Part shown: piece by piece, positions 10,867-21,489 of the stretch
Layout: each line of letters starts with the position of its first letter
Numbering within the stretch: the first letter of the stretch is position 1
Source of the DNA: Cyanobacteria bacterium J06626_4
GTDB taxonomy: Bacteria; Cyanobacteriota; Cyanobacteriia; Phormidesmidales; Phormidesmidaceae
NCBI GenBank assembly: GCA_038523235.1
Contig: JBCBJQ010000005.1
Location: forward strand, 70,749 to 134,748
DNA: 64,000 bases
Direction of reading: 5' to 3'
Position numbers and translations under genes: made by a program
Notes under the pieces: model-generated
What the model saw: the letters and a program-made list of their open reading frames with translations, nothing else
Told to the model about the DNA's origin: nothing
Database searches by the model: none

Positions 10867-12174
10867 CTATCCGCGACCCGTCACCGACAGCCCGGAAAGT
10901 AGCACCGAGGGAGTGTAGCAAGCCCCGTTCCAGTCGGCATCCTGACCCAAGGCAGCGAGTTGCAGCAGGGCCGTGTAGACATTCCCCGAAACCATCGTAT
11001 CCTTTACCCGCCCCTGAATCTCGCCCTGCTTCACGCGATAGCCGAGATCAACATTGATGGAGAAATCGCCGGAAATTCCGGCGGTTTCTCCCAAAATCTG
11101 ATCGACCACGATCGCGTCATCCAGCGTTTTGACTAACTCCTCAAATGTCGCTGAACCGGGCTGTACCAAGGTATTAAACAGACCCGGCGTCGGTGCACTG
11201 CCCAGGCCGGGGCGAAAGCCGTTGCCCGTCGAGCCGTCTCCGAGCTCTTTGCCGACGGTGCGATCGGTATAAAACAGACGCAACACGCCGCGCTCGATCA
11301 AAATTAGCTTTTGCGTTTGGGTGCCCTCATCATCAAAGGGGCAGCTAAACGGCCCGTCATCCGGGTCTTGATAGAGGGTCAAGGCTTCAGATGTGACCTG
11401 CTCACCGATGCGATCGCTCCAGGGTGACGAGCCTTCCAGCACTCGTTTGCCGCTCAGCGCTGCCTGCACGGCCCCCCACAGCGTATCAGCCGCTTTGGCG
11501 GTAAACAGTACGGGCACCCGGCCCACGGTGGGGGCGACATTGCGATCGGCCCAGTCTAACCGCATCAATACCTGTTGAGCCAGGGCCTCGGGTGACAAGG
11601 CATCGCGACAAACCTGGCCATCGCTCACGGTTAAAAAATCGTCGCCCCGCACCCACTCCACCCCGAGATAGCTGCTCAGCGTGGTGTCGTGGTAGCCGTA
11701 GTCGATGCCGAGGGAGTTGACCAAGCGCGTCGTCTCGATATCACACTCTAGCTCGGCCTCGCAGATGACCTCAGGGTAGCGATCGCGAATTTGGGCGATG
11801 ACACTTTCACCCCAGTTAATCATTTGCGTCACCGGCACCTCTACCCCCACATCAGGGTATTGCTGAGCGGTGCCGCGACTGAGTTCAATCGCTTCGGGGT
11901 CGTTAAGCTGGCTGATGGCGATCGCTTTGTCGACCAGAGCCTGAGGCGCGATCGGGCCATGGGCAACGGCAATGCCGGGGCGCCCCTCACGCCACAGTCG
12001 CAGGGCCGTACCCTCTAGCTGATTACTCTCTAGTTGCTTCAGGCGATTCGCTTCAAAATAAACGGGACGCGCCGACGAGCTGGACTGAAACACTTCGGCG
12101 GCTTCAGCACCGGTTCGTTTGGCCAAATCCAGCAGTTGTTCTGGCAAGGTATCCCAATTGGCCTCTCCTCCCAT
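10867..12174 (-). CDS. TldD/PmbA family protein (PmbA/TldE-like)
   Basis: PFDDEG and SGDFS motifs; 435 aa. Confidence 0.88.
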   Translation of the reverse strand: MGGEANWDTLPEQLLDLAKRTGAEAAEVFQSSSSARPVYFEANRLKQLESNQLEGTALRLWREGRPGIAVAHGPIAPQALVDKAIAISQLNDPEAIELSRGTAQQYPDVGVEVPVTQMINWGESVIAQIRDRYPEVICEAELECDIETTRLVNSLGIDYGYHDTTLSSYLGVEWVRGDDFLTVSDGQVCRDALSPEALAQQVLMRLDWADRNVAPTVGRVPVLFTAKAADTLWGAVQAALSGKRVLEGSSPWSDRIGEQVTSEALTLYQDPDDGPFSCPFDDEGTQTQKLILIERGVLRLFYTDRTVGKELGDGSTGNGFRPGLGSAPTPGLFNTLVQPGSATFEELVKTLDDAIVVDQILGETAGISGDFSINVDLGYRVKQGEIQGRVKDTMVSGNVYTALLQLAALGQDADWNGACYTPSVLLSGLSVTGRG

Positions 12175-12393
12175 GCTGTATGCGTCGACCCCAAACCGCG
12201 TTTTAATATTTCCCTATCATCAGGGATCGGGGGCATTTCGACTAGTATTTGTCAGCGGAAACCCGCGAGGCTGGCCAGCCCTTGAGTCGCCTCGACTCGG
12301 CGGCCCGCGGTCAAGCTAAAACTGAGGTTATGGCGACGGCGGAGTGCCTCTAGCGCTTCTGAATTGAGCTGAGCTAACCCGGCCACCGCCCCC

Positions 12394-13341
12394 TCAGCCG
12401 TTAACGGGGTTGGCCATCACTGGGTTGGGCGGCAGCGGGCGATCGGCAATGGGCCAAACCTGCCGCAACGTTTCCATAAAGGCGTACACCGGGGGTGGCT
12501 GTAGGGCACCCGCCAGCTGAATCACCCCAATGACTCGCTCCATCGGCACGGGTGGCTCCGCCACCGTCAAATCGGGGGGAATCGGCTCCGCTGCCAGTTC
12601 TGCCATCAGCGTAATCCCCAACCCCTGCTGCACCATGCTGAGAATGGTAGAATCTTCGCGCAGTTCATAGGCCGGATTCACCACCTGGCCCGCCTGGGCA
12701 AAATACTGATCGAGCAGGGTGCGGCAGCCATCAGTCGGTGGAGCCAGAATGAGGCGCTGCTGGGCCAGGGTTTCCCAATCGTAAGGCCGTGGCTCGGTGT
12801 CATCAGCGGGCACAATCACCACGTAGCGATCGCGCAACAATTCCCAAGCGTCAAAATCATCCTGAGTGGGCAAATAGGTAAACCCAATATCGGCTCGGCC
12901 TTGGCGCACTTCCTGCTCGACCTGATGGTAATGGGGTTGTTCTTCAATTTTGACTTGAATGCCAGGATAAAACTGTTGAAATCGTTGAATCACCTCAGGC
13001 AAGATGTGGGTCGCGACGCTGCGAAATCCAGCAATGCGGACGAGGCCTTGTTGGAGGCCGCGTGACTGCTGGGCCAACTGCGCTATTTTTTCGAGAGACT
13101 GCATCATCAGCCGCGCTTCGGCGATCATGTCTTCACCCAGGGGCGTCAAGGTGGCCCCTTGGCGACCGCGATTGAACAGAACGACGCCCAAAACCTCTTC
13201 TAGCGTCGCGATCGCGTGACTCACTGAGGACTGCGACAAATCGAGCTGCAGCGCCGCATCACTAAATGTGCCCGTATCGGCGATCGCGACCAGGGCCCGT
13301 AGCTGCGAAATTTTGAGTCGATAGGGATTAATCTCACCCAT
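12394..13341 (-). CDS. LysR-family transcriptional regulator
   Basis: GTFSDAALQLDLSQSSVSHAIATLE HTH; divergent from a TauE gene. Confidence 0.93.
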   Translation of the reverse strand: MGEINPYRLKISQLRALVAIADTGTFSDAALQLDLSQSSVSHAIATLEEVLGVVLFNRGRQGATLTPLGEDMIAEARLMMQSLEKIAQLAQQSRGLQQGLVRIAGFRSVATHILPEVIQRFQQFYPGIQVKIEEQPHYHQVEQEVRQGRADIGFTYLPTQDDFDAWELLRDRYVVIVPADDTEPRPYDWETLAQQRLILAPPTDGCRTLLDQYFAQAGQVVNPAYELREDSTILSMVQQGLGITLMAELAAEPIPPDLTVAEPPVPMERVIGVIQLAGALQPPPVYAFMETLRQVWPIADRPLPPNPVMANPVNG

Positions 13342-13398
13342 GCCGCTAAATCCCTGATTCCATCCTCTAATAATAGACGGGGCCTCTTCACAACACCG

Positions 13399-14112
13399 AT
13401 GACTGATTTACTCTTAACCAGTTTGATCCTCTTTGGGGCGACGCTGATCTCCTCGACCTTTGGCTTTGGCAATGCTCTGTTTGCGATGCCCCTGTTGACG
13501 CTGCTATTGGATATTTCTACCGCGACGCCCCTGTTTGGGTTAGTGGGGCCAACGATTTCGAGCATTATTTTGGCGCGCAACTGGCAGCGAGTCGAAGTGG
13601 CGTCAGCCTGGCGATTAATCACCACCACGCTGGTCGGCATTCCGGTTGGGGTTTGGCTGGTTAAGCAGGTGCCCAATGACCTGATTACTCAAGGTCTGGG
13701 CCTGTGTCTGGTGGGGTTTGGCCTCTATCGCTTGGGCAACTGGCAACTGGTCAAGCTCGAAGCGCCGGCCTGGGCAGTGCCGTTTGGCTTGGTAGCGGGC
13801 ATTTTGGGCGGTGCTTATAACACCAATGGCCCACCCATCGTCATTTATGGTGAAATGCGGCGCTGGTCGCCAGCGGAGTTTCGCGCGACTTTACAAAGCT
13901 ACTTTTTTCCAGCAGGGTTGGGGATTTTGCTCAGCCACGCGGCGGGAGGGCTCTGGCATGGCTATATCTTTCAGCTGTATGGCGTGGCGCTACCGGGCAT
14001 CTTGGTGGCGATCGCCCTCGGGGGTTGGATCAATAATCGCCTATCGGTAGAGCGGTTTCAGAAATTACTGTCCGTTTTGCTAATCATGCTGGGCGCCCTA
14101 CTTTGGCTATAA
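13399..14112 (+). CDS. TauE/SafE sulfite-exporter family membrane protein
   Basis: GFGNALFAMP and GAYNTNGPP motifs; about 8 TM helices. Confidence 0.85.
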   Translation: MTDLLLTSLILFGATLISSTFGFGNALFAMPLLTLLLDISTATPLFGLVGPTISSIILARNWQRVEVASAWRLITTTLVGIPVGVWLVKQVPNDLITQGLGLCLVGFGLYRLGNWQLVKLEAPAWAVPFGLVAGILGGAYNTNGPPIVIYGEMRRWSPAEFRATLQSYFFPAGLGILLSHAAGGLWHGYIFQLYGVALPGILVAIALGGWINNRLSVERFQKLLSVLLIMLGALLWL

Positions 14113-14134
14113 AAAGTGAGTTCAAATCCAGGAC

Positions 14135-14890
14135 TTGTCAGAATCAAGCAGCGCGATCGTGTTCCCCTCGCTCCTCAACGCTATGTCCTCTCTCTTTAAT
14201 CCGCGTCACTCTCTGGCCCTCGTCAGTGGCCTCATAGCCTGGCTGGTCGTCAGCTGCACCCCTACCGACCCGGCTAGTTTGCGCCCCCTGGCGTCAGACA
14301 CCGTTGACCTACCGGCCCCGACTACAATAACTCCACCCAGGCCACCGGATCTGACCGTGATGACAGCGTCTCCGGCGTTAGATCAAGCTGCGATTTGGCA
14401 GCGACTGCAGCAGCCCGACCGGCTTTATGTAGTGGTGCTGCGCCATGCCTTGGCCCCTGGGAGCGGTGACCCGGCCAACTTTCAGCTCGATGACTGTGCC
14501 ACCCAGCGCAATTTATCTGCCGAAGGCCGAACCCAAGCCCAGCAGATCGGTCAGGCCTTTCGCGATCGCAACGTCACGGTACGGCAGGTCTGGTCAAGCC
14601 AGTGGTGTCGCTGTTTAGACACGGCAGAGCTCATGGCGGTCGGGCCGGTCGAGCCGTTGCCCGCGCTGAATTCATTTTTCCGCGATCGCAGCCAGGCGGC
14701 GACGCAAACTGAGGCGCTTAAAGAGCATTTCTGGCAGCAGGCCGAGCAGCCCGGTGTGGTTGTGATGGTGACCCATCAGGTCAATATCACCGAACTGACA
14801 GATATCGTGCCGCGATCGGGTGAGGCGGTCGTGATTCAAGTCGATGACACCGGCCTGACGCACCTGGGTCAGTTCATGCCAGAGCGATAA
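14135..14890 (+). CDS. Histidine phosphatase family protein (probable lipoprotein)
   Basis: LRHA, SSQWCRCLDTA, VTHQVN motifs; start uncertain. Confidence 0.85.
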   Translation: MSESSSAIVFPSLLNAMSSLFNPRHSLALVSGLIAWLVVSCTPTDPASLRPLASDTVDLPAPTTITPPRPPDLTVMTASPALDQAAIWQRLQQPDRLYVVVLRHALAPGSGDPANFQLDDCATQRNLSAEGRTQAQQIGQAFRDRNVTVRQVWSSQWCRCLDTAELMAVGPVEPLPALNSFFRDRSQAATQTEALKEHFWQQAEQPGVVVMVTHQVNITELTDIVPRSGEAVVIQVDDTGLTHLGQFMPER

Positions 14891-14957
14891 AACGTCGATG
14901 GGGGTGCGATCGCGCTACAGTAATCACGCCGCTATTGCCCCCGATTTACGTCTCACT

Positions 14958-15614
14958 ATGCCAGCTCACGGCCCTCAGACAGACTATCAAGACGGTCTAT
15001 TTGACCGGATTTTCATTCGGTTGTTTAGCCGCAAAATGGCCAATGCAGTGGGTCAGAAGACGAGCTTGACCGGCTACGAGGGGTTTGTCGATCTGTCACA
15101 AAAAATTATGCAGGGGCGCAATGCTCAACAGCAGCAAGCCCTGGTCGCGGTGGTGTTGAAATCGCTGGTACCGGCTCCCGTCCTATGGCTGATTCGCACC
15201 CTATCTTCGCCGACTCAGCTGGTTTGTGAACTCAATGCCTGGTTTGCTACCGTGCTGTTTGAATGGCTGGTGGGGCCTTGTGAAGTCACAGAAGTGACGG
15301 TAGCGGGGAACGACGGCGAATCGCGATCGCAAAAAAGCGGCGTCCACATTACAAAGTGCCGCTATTTAGAACAAAGTCGCTGCGTGGGTATGTGCGTCAA
15401 CATGTGCAAGCTGCCCACCCAAAATTTCTTCACCCAAGACTTTGGTATTCCCCTCACCATGACGCCCAACTTTGAAGATTTCAGTTGCGAAATGGTGTTC
15501 GGGGCGGTGCCGCCCGCCCTCGAAACTGAAGACTGCTATCAGACTCCCTGTTTGGTCGAGCACTGTGCCGTGGCTCCCGCGACCGCAAAACCTTGTCCCA
15601 AAGTCCGCCAGTAG
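14958..15614 (+). CDS. DUF4033 / beta-carotene isomerase D27-like protein
   Basis: WLVGPCEV and KCRYLEQSRCVGMCVNMCKLPTQ...PNFEDFSCEMVFG motifs. Confidence 0.88.
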   Translation: MPAHGPQTDYQDGLFDRIFIRLFSRKMANAVGQKTSLTGYEGFVDLSQKIMQGRNAQQQQALVAVVLKSLVPAPVLWLIRTLSSPTQLVCELNAWFATVLFEWLVGPCEVTEVTVAGNDGESRSQKSGVHITKCRYLEQSRCVGMCVNMCKLPTQNFFTQDFGIPLTMTPNFEDFSCEMVFGAVPPALETEDCYQTPCLVEHCAVAPATAKPCPKVRQ

Positions 15615-15666
15615 AAAGGCTAGATTTGGCCCGGGCAGCGATCGCCTGCCGCCGTTGACGCGACCT

Positions 15667-16662
15667 TTAACCCCAGGTAAAAATTGCGGCGCCCCAGCTC
15701 AAACCGGCTCCAAAGCCTGAGGAAGCCACGACATCACCGGTTTTAACCTTACCCTCGCGCACTGCTTCATCCAACGCGATGGGAATCGATGCCGCTGACG
15801 TATTGCCGTGGCGAGCCATATTGCTCAGCACCCGCTCCGCCGGTACGGCTAAACGGTTGGCGACGGCCTCTAAAATCCGCTGGTTTGCCTGGTGCAGCAG
15901 CAGCCAATCAATCTCAGCGGCGGTCAGACCCGCATGGAACAACGCCTTTTCCAAAATTTCAGGGACTCGTTTTACGGCGAAGCGATATACCTCTTTGCCG
16001 TTCATCGTGACGGGCTGAAACGTCCCGGTTTGGATGGTGGTATCCCCCACCAAAGGTTTTGACTCAGCCTGATAGGTCAAGTTAAGACAGCCATTAAGGG
16101 CACCGTCGCTGCGCAACTCAAAGCCGAGAAGCCGGTCGCGATCGCTGGCCCGCAGCAGGACTGCCCCCGCGCCATCGCCAAACAACACACAAGTGCGGCG
16201 ATCGCTCCAGTCCGTCCACCGTGACAGGACATCGGCCCCAATCACCAGCACCGTGCCGTAGACGCCCAGGCGCATATACTGCGCTGCCGTCACCAACGCA
16301 AACACGAAACCCGAGCAGGCGGCAGTCAAATCGAAGGCCACAGCACGGCTGGCCCCGAGTCGCGCCTGCACCTGGGCCGCACTGCCAAACAAATCATCGG
16401 GAGTCGAAGTGGCCAAAATAATCAGGTCAACGTCGGTCGGGTCACAATGGCCCATGGCTAACGCGGCTGTTCCGGCCTCAGCCGCCAAGCTCGCTAGAGA
16501 ATCTTGCGCCGTGACCACCTGTCGCTGGCGAATGCCCGTTCGCGTGGCAATCCATTCATCGGAGGTGTCAACCACTTGGCTTAGGTCGCCATTACTCAAG
16601 GTGGCGGCTAGACGGGCAGACCCGCTACCGACCAGGGACAGCCCACGTTGCGTCTGTTGCAC
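15667..16662 (-). CDS. fabH: 3-oxoacyl-ACP synthase III
   Basis: AACSGF, HQAN, GNTSAAS motifs. Confidence 0.96.
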   Translation of the reverse strand: MQQTQRGLSLVGSGSARLAATLSNGDLSQVVDTSDEWIATRTGIRQRQVVTAQDSLASLAAEAGTAALAMGHCDPTDVDLIILATSTPDDLFGSAAQVQARLGASRAVAFDLTAACSGFVFALVTAAQYMRLGVYGTVLVIGADVLSRWTDWSDRRTCVLFGDGAGAVLLRASDRDRLLGFELRSDGALNGCLNLTYQAESKPLVGDTTIQTGTFQPVTMNGKEVYRFAVKRVPEILEKALFHAGLTAAEIDWLLLHQANQRILEAVANRLAVPAERVLSNMARHGNTSAASIPIALDEAVREGKVKTGDVVASSGFGAGLSWGAAIFTWG

Positions 16663-16664
16663 GA

Positions 16665-17699
16665 TTACTCTCCATCTGCCGCCGGCATAGCAACCTTTTG
16701 GTACTGGGCCTGAATCCGGTCTAACACCTGATTGTCAACGGCTTCTTTAGCTAAGCGAATCGCATTAAAGATCGAGGGCGCTTGCGAACTGCCGTGGCTA
16801 ATCACGGCGATGCCCGCGACGCCGAGCAGCAGCCCACCGCCATGCTCGGCATGGTCAACTCGCTGCTTAATCCGCTGCAAATTATCTTTCAGGACCAGAG
16901 TGCCCACCTTACCACGCACCCCTCGGGGCAACTCTTCGCGCAAAATCTGCAGCACCGATTCACCCACGGCTTCAGCAAACTTCAGCAAGACATTGCCGAC
17001 AAAACCATCACAGACCACCACATCAAACTGTCCTGAGAGGACGTCTCGCCCTTCAGCATTCCCGACAAACGATACGCTTGGATGCTTCTCTAGCAGCTCA
17101 TGCGCCTGCACTGCAGCATCGTTGCCTTTGCTGGGCTCTTCGCCGATATTCAGCAGCCCCACTTGGGGGTTCTCAATCCCCAAGACGTATTTGGAATACA
17201 CCATGCCCATGACGGCAAACTGCTCCAAATACTTGGGCCGACAATCGACATTGGCACCTACATCTAAAATCAGCACGGGCTGATCCATCAAAACGGTGGG
17301 AAACACGGCCCCAATCGCCGGGCGATCGATGCCCTTGAGTCGCCCTAACCGCAGCAGGGCTGCCGCCATCGCCGCTCCCGAATGCCCAGCTGAAACCACG
17401 GCATCGGCTTCTCCGCCTTTGACCAAATCCATTGCCACATTAATTGAGGCCTTGCGCTTACGCCGCAAAGCGCTCAGGGGCTCTTCGTGCATTTCAATCG
17501 TGCCTTCGGCGGGCACAATTTTGATGCCGTCAAGATTGTCGAAATTCGCAGTCGCCGCCTTGATTTTTTCCGGGTCACCGACGAGCAGGATGTCTGCATC
17601 CAGCTCAGCCTGAGCTCTGATGGCACCGGTCACGATTTCGGCGGGTGCGTGATCGCCACCCATAGCATCTACGGCGATTCGAGCGCGAGTCGCTACCAT
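16665..17699 (-). CDS. plsX: Phosphate acyltransferase
   Basis: AVDAMGGDHAP; plsX-fabH operon. Confidence 0.96.
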   Translation of the reverse strand: MVATRARIAVDAMGGDHAPAEIVTGAIRAQAELDADILLVGDPEKIKAATANFDNLDGIKIVPAEGTIEMHEEPLSALRRKRKASINVAMDLVKGGEADAVVSAGHSGAAMAAALLRLGRLKGIDRPAIGAVFPTVLMDQPVLILDVGANVDCRPKYLEQFAVMGMVYSKYVLGIENPQVGLLNIGEEPSKGNDAAVQAHELLEKHPSVSFVGNAEGRDVLSGQFDVVVCDGFVGNVLLKFAEAVGESVLQILREELPRGVRGKVGTLVLKDNLQRIKQRVDHAEHGGGLLLGVAGIAVISHGSSQAPSIFNAIRLAKEAVDNQVLDRIQAQYQKVAMPAADGE

Positions 17700-17754
17700 G
17701 GACTAAATTCTGTAAAAACTGAAAAGATCTTAGCAGACTACCTCTCCACCAGGC

Positions 17755-18504
17755 CTACAATTCCTCGCCCGGTTCGACAATTCGCTGGAACAGGTAACCG
17801 GTGCCTCGCGCCGTCAAAATCAGTTCGGGGTTGCTGGGGTCTTCCTCTAATTTGGCCCGCAGGCGAGAAATATGCACATCGACCACCCGCGTATCGACGT
17901 GGCGTTCGGGTGTATACCCCCACACTTCTTGCAGGATTTCGGCTCGTGAAAAGGGCTCGCCTGACCGACTGACCAGCAGCTCCAGCAGGCTAAACTCCAT
18001 GCCGGTAAGCCGAATGCGTTCGTCACCCTTATAGACCTGACGCTTATTGGTATCAATGCGGATGGCGTTGATCGAAATCACACCCGAACTCGGAATGCCC
18101 GTGGCCTGACTCTTATCAACCCGTCTCAGCACGGAGCGAATGCGGGCTTCTAGCTCTTTTGGCGAAAACGGCTTGACCACATAGTCATCGGCCCCTAGCT
18201 CTAAGCCGGTGATGCGATCGGCCACATCCCCTAAGGCCGTCAGCATAATGATAGGAATATCGGACTCTTTGCGCAGCTCTTGACAGACACCATAGCCATC
18301 GAGCTTGGGCATCATCACATCGAGCACAACCAAGTCAGGGCAAGACGTGTGGAACGTTTCGATCGCCTCTTCACCATCGGCAGCAGTCACCACGTCATAG
18401 CCAATCATCGACAAGCGGGTTTCTAGAATCCGGCGAATACTCGCTTCATCGTCGACCACCAAAATCTTTTCTTTCGTACTTTCCAAAGCGGCTGCTACTC
18501 CCAA
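17755..18504 (-). CDS. rpaB: OmpR-family response regulator RpaB (Ycf27)
   Basis: KILVVDDEASIRRILETRLSMIGY and WGYTPERHVDTRVVDVHISRLR are the RpaB signatures; located upstream of plsX. Confidence 0.95.
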   Translation of the reverse strand: MGVAAALESTKEKILVVDDEASIRRILETRLSMIGYDVVTAADGEEAIETFHTSCPDLVVLDVMMPKLDGYGVCQELRKESDIPIIMLTALGDVADRITGLELGADDYVVKPFSPKELEARIRSVLRRVDKSQATGIPSSGVISINAIRIDTNKRQVYKGDERIRLTGMEFSLLELLVSRSGEPFSRAEILQEVWGYTPERHVDTRVVDVHISRLRAKLEEDPSNPELILTARGTGYLFQRIVEPGEEL

Positions 18505-19198
18505 CGAACGCTTAACTAATCGACAGACTCTTTATCGAGCAATAAGTAAATCTAGCCGTGCGAATAATTTTTGTACATTAATGTTGAATCGTAAATTATT
18601 TTATGACGTTTACCTGCGCTCTGATTCACTGCCGGTGAGGTTTCTAGTATTTCTTAAGATTTATTAGCATGTTGAGTCGTAATAAAGTGATGCAAACCGG
18701 ATCTTGACTCCAGCAGCTTTCTTAGTGTAAGTAATTATTCCTAAAATTATTCACTTTTGTGGGTCCTCATCAGCATCAGAGAGATGCCCTAAGGGCTCAG
18801 GATATAAGCTCGCTGCATATCTCAGTACAAAAAATCTGATTAGAGAGTATTTAGTAGCCCGCTTACTACTGGCTGGTTTTGGCCGTTTGCGGGTCAATCT
18901 CAGGCTGCAAATCATGACTCATGAGCCCAGATTGCCCCGCTCAAAGCGCTGATTAAAACCGGCGATTGCCCGGCTCGAAGTTGCTAAGATATCTCTATTA
19001 AACCGATAGCTAAATAGCCGCATAAATTCACCAAAATGCGGCCTTTTACCGCTCTTTTCGTTCAATTCTCCTCGCCTCATCGTCCAAACTGGATGTCGGT
19101 CAATTGTCTTGTGGTGCACTGTGTCCCCTGTCGAAGCGATCGCTCTGCAAAGATGAGCCCAGCGTGCCTCAGCATCCCTACAGAGTTACGGAAGAAAA

Positions 19199-20473
19199 AT
19201 GGTTCAACTGCGCCAATCCACTGTTTGGGGGATGTTTGCCTTATTTGGGGCGATCTTGACAGGGGTCGCCGTCGCTACCCGCACGCCGCCGTCGGTCTCT
19301 AGCCTGCCGGAGAGCAGCCAAGCGCCGGACAGTACTGCCATCGCCTCGTCTAGTGCCGGGACTCCCTCATTCTTGGTGGTCGCGGGCGGGGGGGCTCCTA
19401 GCTACAACGAGATTGCGTTAGAAAAAAACGTGCACTATTTTCAGCGCACGCTCGACCACCAGGGCTGGGATGCAGCGATCGCCACCCTGTTCTTCGCCAA
19501 CGGTAACGACGGTCAGGCGACAGTGCGCTACATCGACCCGTTGGGGCGTGAACGGTTTAAGGTGCCTGAGATTACTGGGTTGACCGGAGCGGCCACGGTT
19601 CCCAACGTGCAAGCTTGGTTAGATAACTATCCTCAAACCGCTCAGGGTGCCAACGACTGCCCAGCGTTTATGTACTTCACCGGGCATGGCGCTCTCAACA
19701 CCAACAACGATGACAACAATTCCCTCATCCTCTGGGAAGAAGAGTTGCTGTCGGTGCAAGCGCTGGCCCAAACCCTTGACCGGTGGCCTACCGAGATTCC
19801 CTTTGTCACCATGATGGCGCAGTGCTATGCGGGCTCATTTGCCAATGTGATTTACGAGCAGGGCGACCCCGCTCAACCCGTAGCGCTGCAAAGTCGCTGT
19901 GGCTTTTTTGCCACCGTTAAAAGCCGCCCGTCTGTGGGCTGCACGCCCCTGGTGAACGAAGCTGATTATCGCGACTATAGCTCTAGCTTTTTTGCCGGCC
20001 TCAGCGGTCGAGATCGCCTGGGTCATGCAGTTGAATCTGCCGATTATGACGGTAACGGTACGATCTCGTTTGCAGAGGCCCACGCTTTTGCCAAGGTCGA
20101 TGGGGAAACCCCTGACTGGCCAATCTCGACTTCAGAGACTTGGCTACAGCGGCAAGTGGCGACTGGCGAACAACGACGCCTCCTTGCACAACCTATGCAA
20201 GTTTGGCTGGATTATGCCCGCCCTGAACAGCGTTACGTCATCACCGCTCTGATCGCCAAATTAGGCTATCGGCCACAAGAGGCCTTTGACACTGTGCCGG
20301 TGCCCAAGGCTCGTTTAATGAGCCCACCGCAGGAGGTATTGACCGCCTATTACATGCGGCTGCGGATGGAACTGATTAACGTCGCGGTCACGGCACAACT
20401 CCAGACCGAGGCCGACGAGACGACCCTCAAGACGCTAAATCAACTGCTGGATTGCGAAGCCGGTAGCTGGTGA
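19199..20473 (+). CDS. Secreted caspase/legumain-fold (clan CD) peptidase-like protein
   Basis: N-terminal hydrophobic signal; YFTGHG and AQCYAGSF His/Cys dyad motifs. Confidence 0.7.
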   Translation: MVQLRQSTVWGMFALFGAILTGVAVATRTPPSVSSLPESSQAPDSTAIASSSAGTPSFLVVAGGGAPSYNEIALEKNVHYFQRTLDHQGWDAAIATLFFANGNDGQATVRYIDPLGRERFKVPEITGLTGAATVPNVQAWLDNYPQTAQGANDCPAFMYFTGHGALNTNNDDNNSLILWEEELLSVQALAQTLDRWPTEIPFVTMMAQCYAGSFANVIYEQGDPAQPVALQSRCGFFATVKSRPSVGCTPLVNEADYRDYSSSFFAGLSGRDRLGHAVESADYDGNGTISFAEAHAFAKVDGETPDWPISTSETWLQRQVATGEQRRLLAQPMQVWLDYARPEQRYVITALIAKLGYRPQEAFDTVPVPKARLMSPPQEVLTAYYMRLRMELINVAVTAQLQTEADETTLKTLNQLLDCEAGSW

Positions 20474-20537
20474 ACAGCACCTGAGTCAGCTCAGCCGCAG
20501 TGCTCAACTTGCCTTCAACCTGAACAAAAGTTGTCAG

Positions 20538-21320
20538 TTACATAAAGGAGGAGAGCGATCGCCGCTGCCGGACGTCTTCAGTATTCACCAAACTCGTCTC
20601 CGGCCAGTCTAAGCGATGCTGAAATTGTTCCGAAACCACCGTCACGTCTGAAGCTGGGGGCGATTGAGGCGGTAGCACCGGTTCCTGCGGTGCCGACGTC
20701 CCCGGTCGGGGTTGAGGGGGTGCCATCAACGGTTGAGCCGGATTGTAGGCATCTAAGCGAGGCACTTTGGCGCCCCCTGGCTGAGCAGTGTGGGCGGGCC
20801 TTTGACCGCGCTGACGCGCCCCTAAAAGCAGTTGTTTCAGCGGTTTTTGGGAGGGCCGAGGCGACGGTTTACGGCGGACTCGTCGCGGCGACTTGAGCAC
20901 CACCGATAGTAGCCAGCACCCGATCGCACAGGTGCCGACTAACGCGACTAGCGTCCAGAACGAGAGTTCATACTTGCTAGCCGCGATCGCCTCGGTCTCT
21001 GATGCCGCTGCGGGGTCTAAGTCTTCCGCCGGCGCATTGTCCGGAGTGGCGTTGGGTGAGGCGGCGGCATCTAGCTGTTCGTGGGGATACGCCTCAACCC
21101 CGGCAGTATGGCCTTCAGTGCCATCCACATGGGTGCGTAGCAGTTGCCCATAGGCCAATAGCACAATCGCCAACAGCCCGACCCAAATGCTGGCCAGCAC
21201 GCCGAGAGGACGATAGGCGGCTAAGCGCGTCCACATTTGTCGTTGACCAAACAACCGTGAAGCCACCGGGGTGGAACGCCGAGAAGGTGCTAAGGCTCTG
21301 CGAGGAACGCGACCAGACAT
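20538..21320 (-). CDS. Hypothetical membrane protein (2 TM, Pro-rich)
   Basis: 260-aa ORF with two hydrophobic stretches; fills the intergenic gap. Confidence 0.65.
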   Translation of the reverse strand: MSGRVPRRALAPSRRSTPVASRLFGQRQMWTRLAAYRPLGVLASIWVGLLAIVLLAYGQLLRTHVDGTEGHTAGVEAYPHEQLDAAASPNATPDNAPAEDLDPAAASETEAIAASKYELSFWTLVALVGTCAIGCWLLSVVLKSPRRVRRKPSPRPSQKPLKQLLLGARQRGQRPAHTAQPGGAKVPRLDAYNPAQPLMAPPQPRPGTSAPQEPVLPPQSPPASDVTVVSEQFQHRLDWPETSLVNTEDVRQRRSLSSFM

Positions 21321-21489
21321 AAGGGAAGGGAGGACGGAATTTCAGTTACCGCAATTCTAGAAGTTCAGTTCGTGTTCTGCCAGCCCACACCAACAATCTC
21401 CATATCGGCGGCGGCGCAAGCCATGCCGGTGATGCCGTGTCCACCAGGTCCTCACCGCTGCCTCAGCAGACCGTCAGCGGGGTAAATTA

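Noticed and set aside
18505..19198. HLR1 (RpaB) or NtcA sites in the AT-rich rpaB upstream region
   Set aside because: I found no correctly spaced direct repeat or GTA-N8-TAC by eye.
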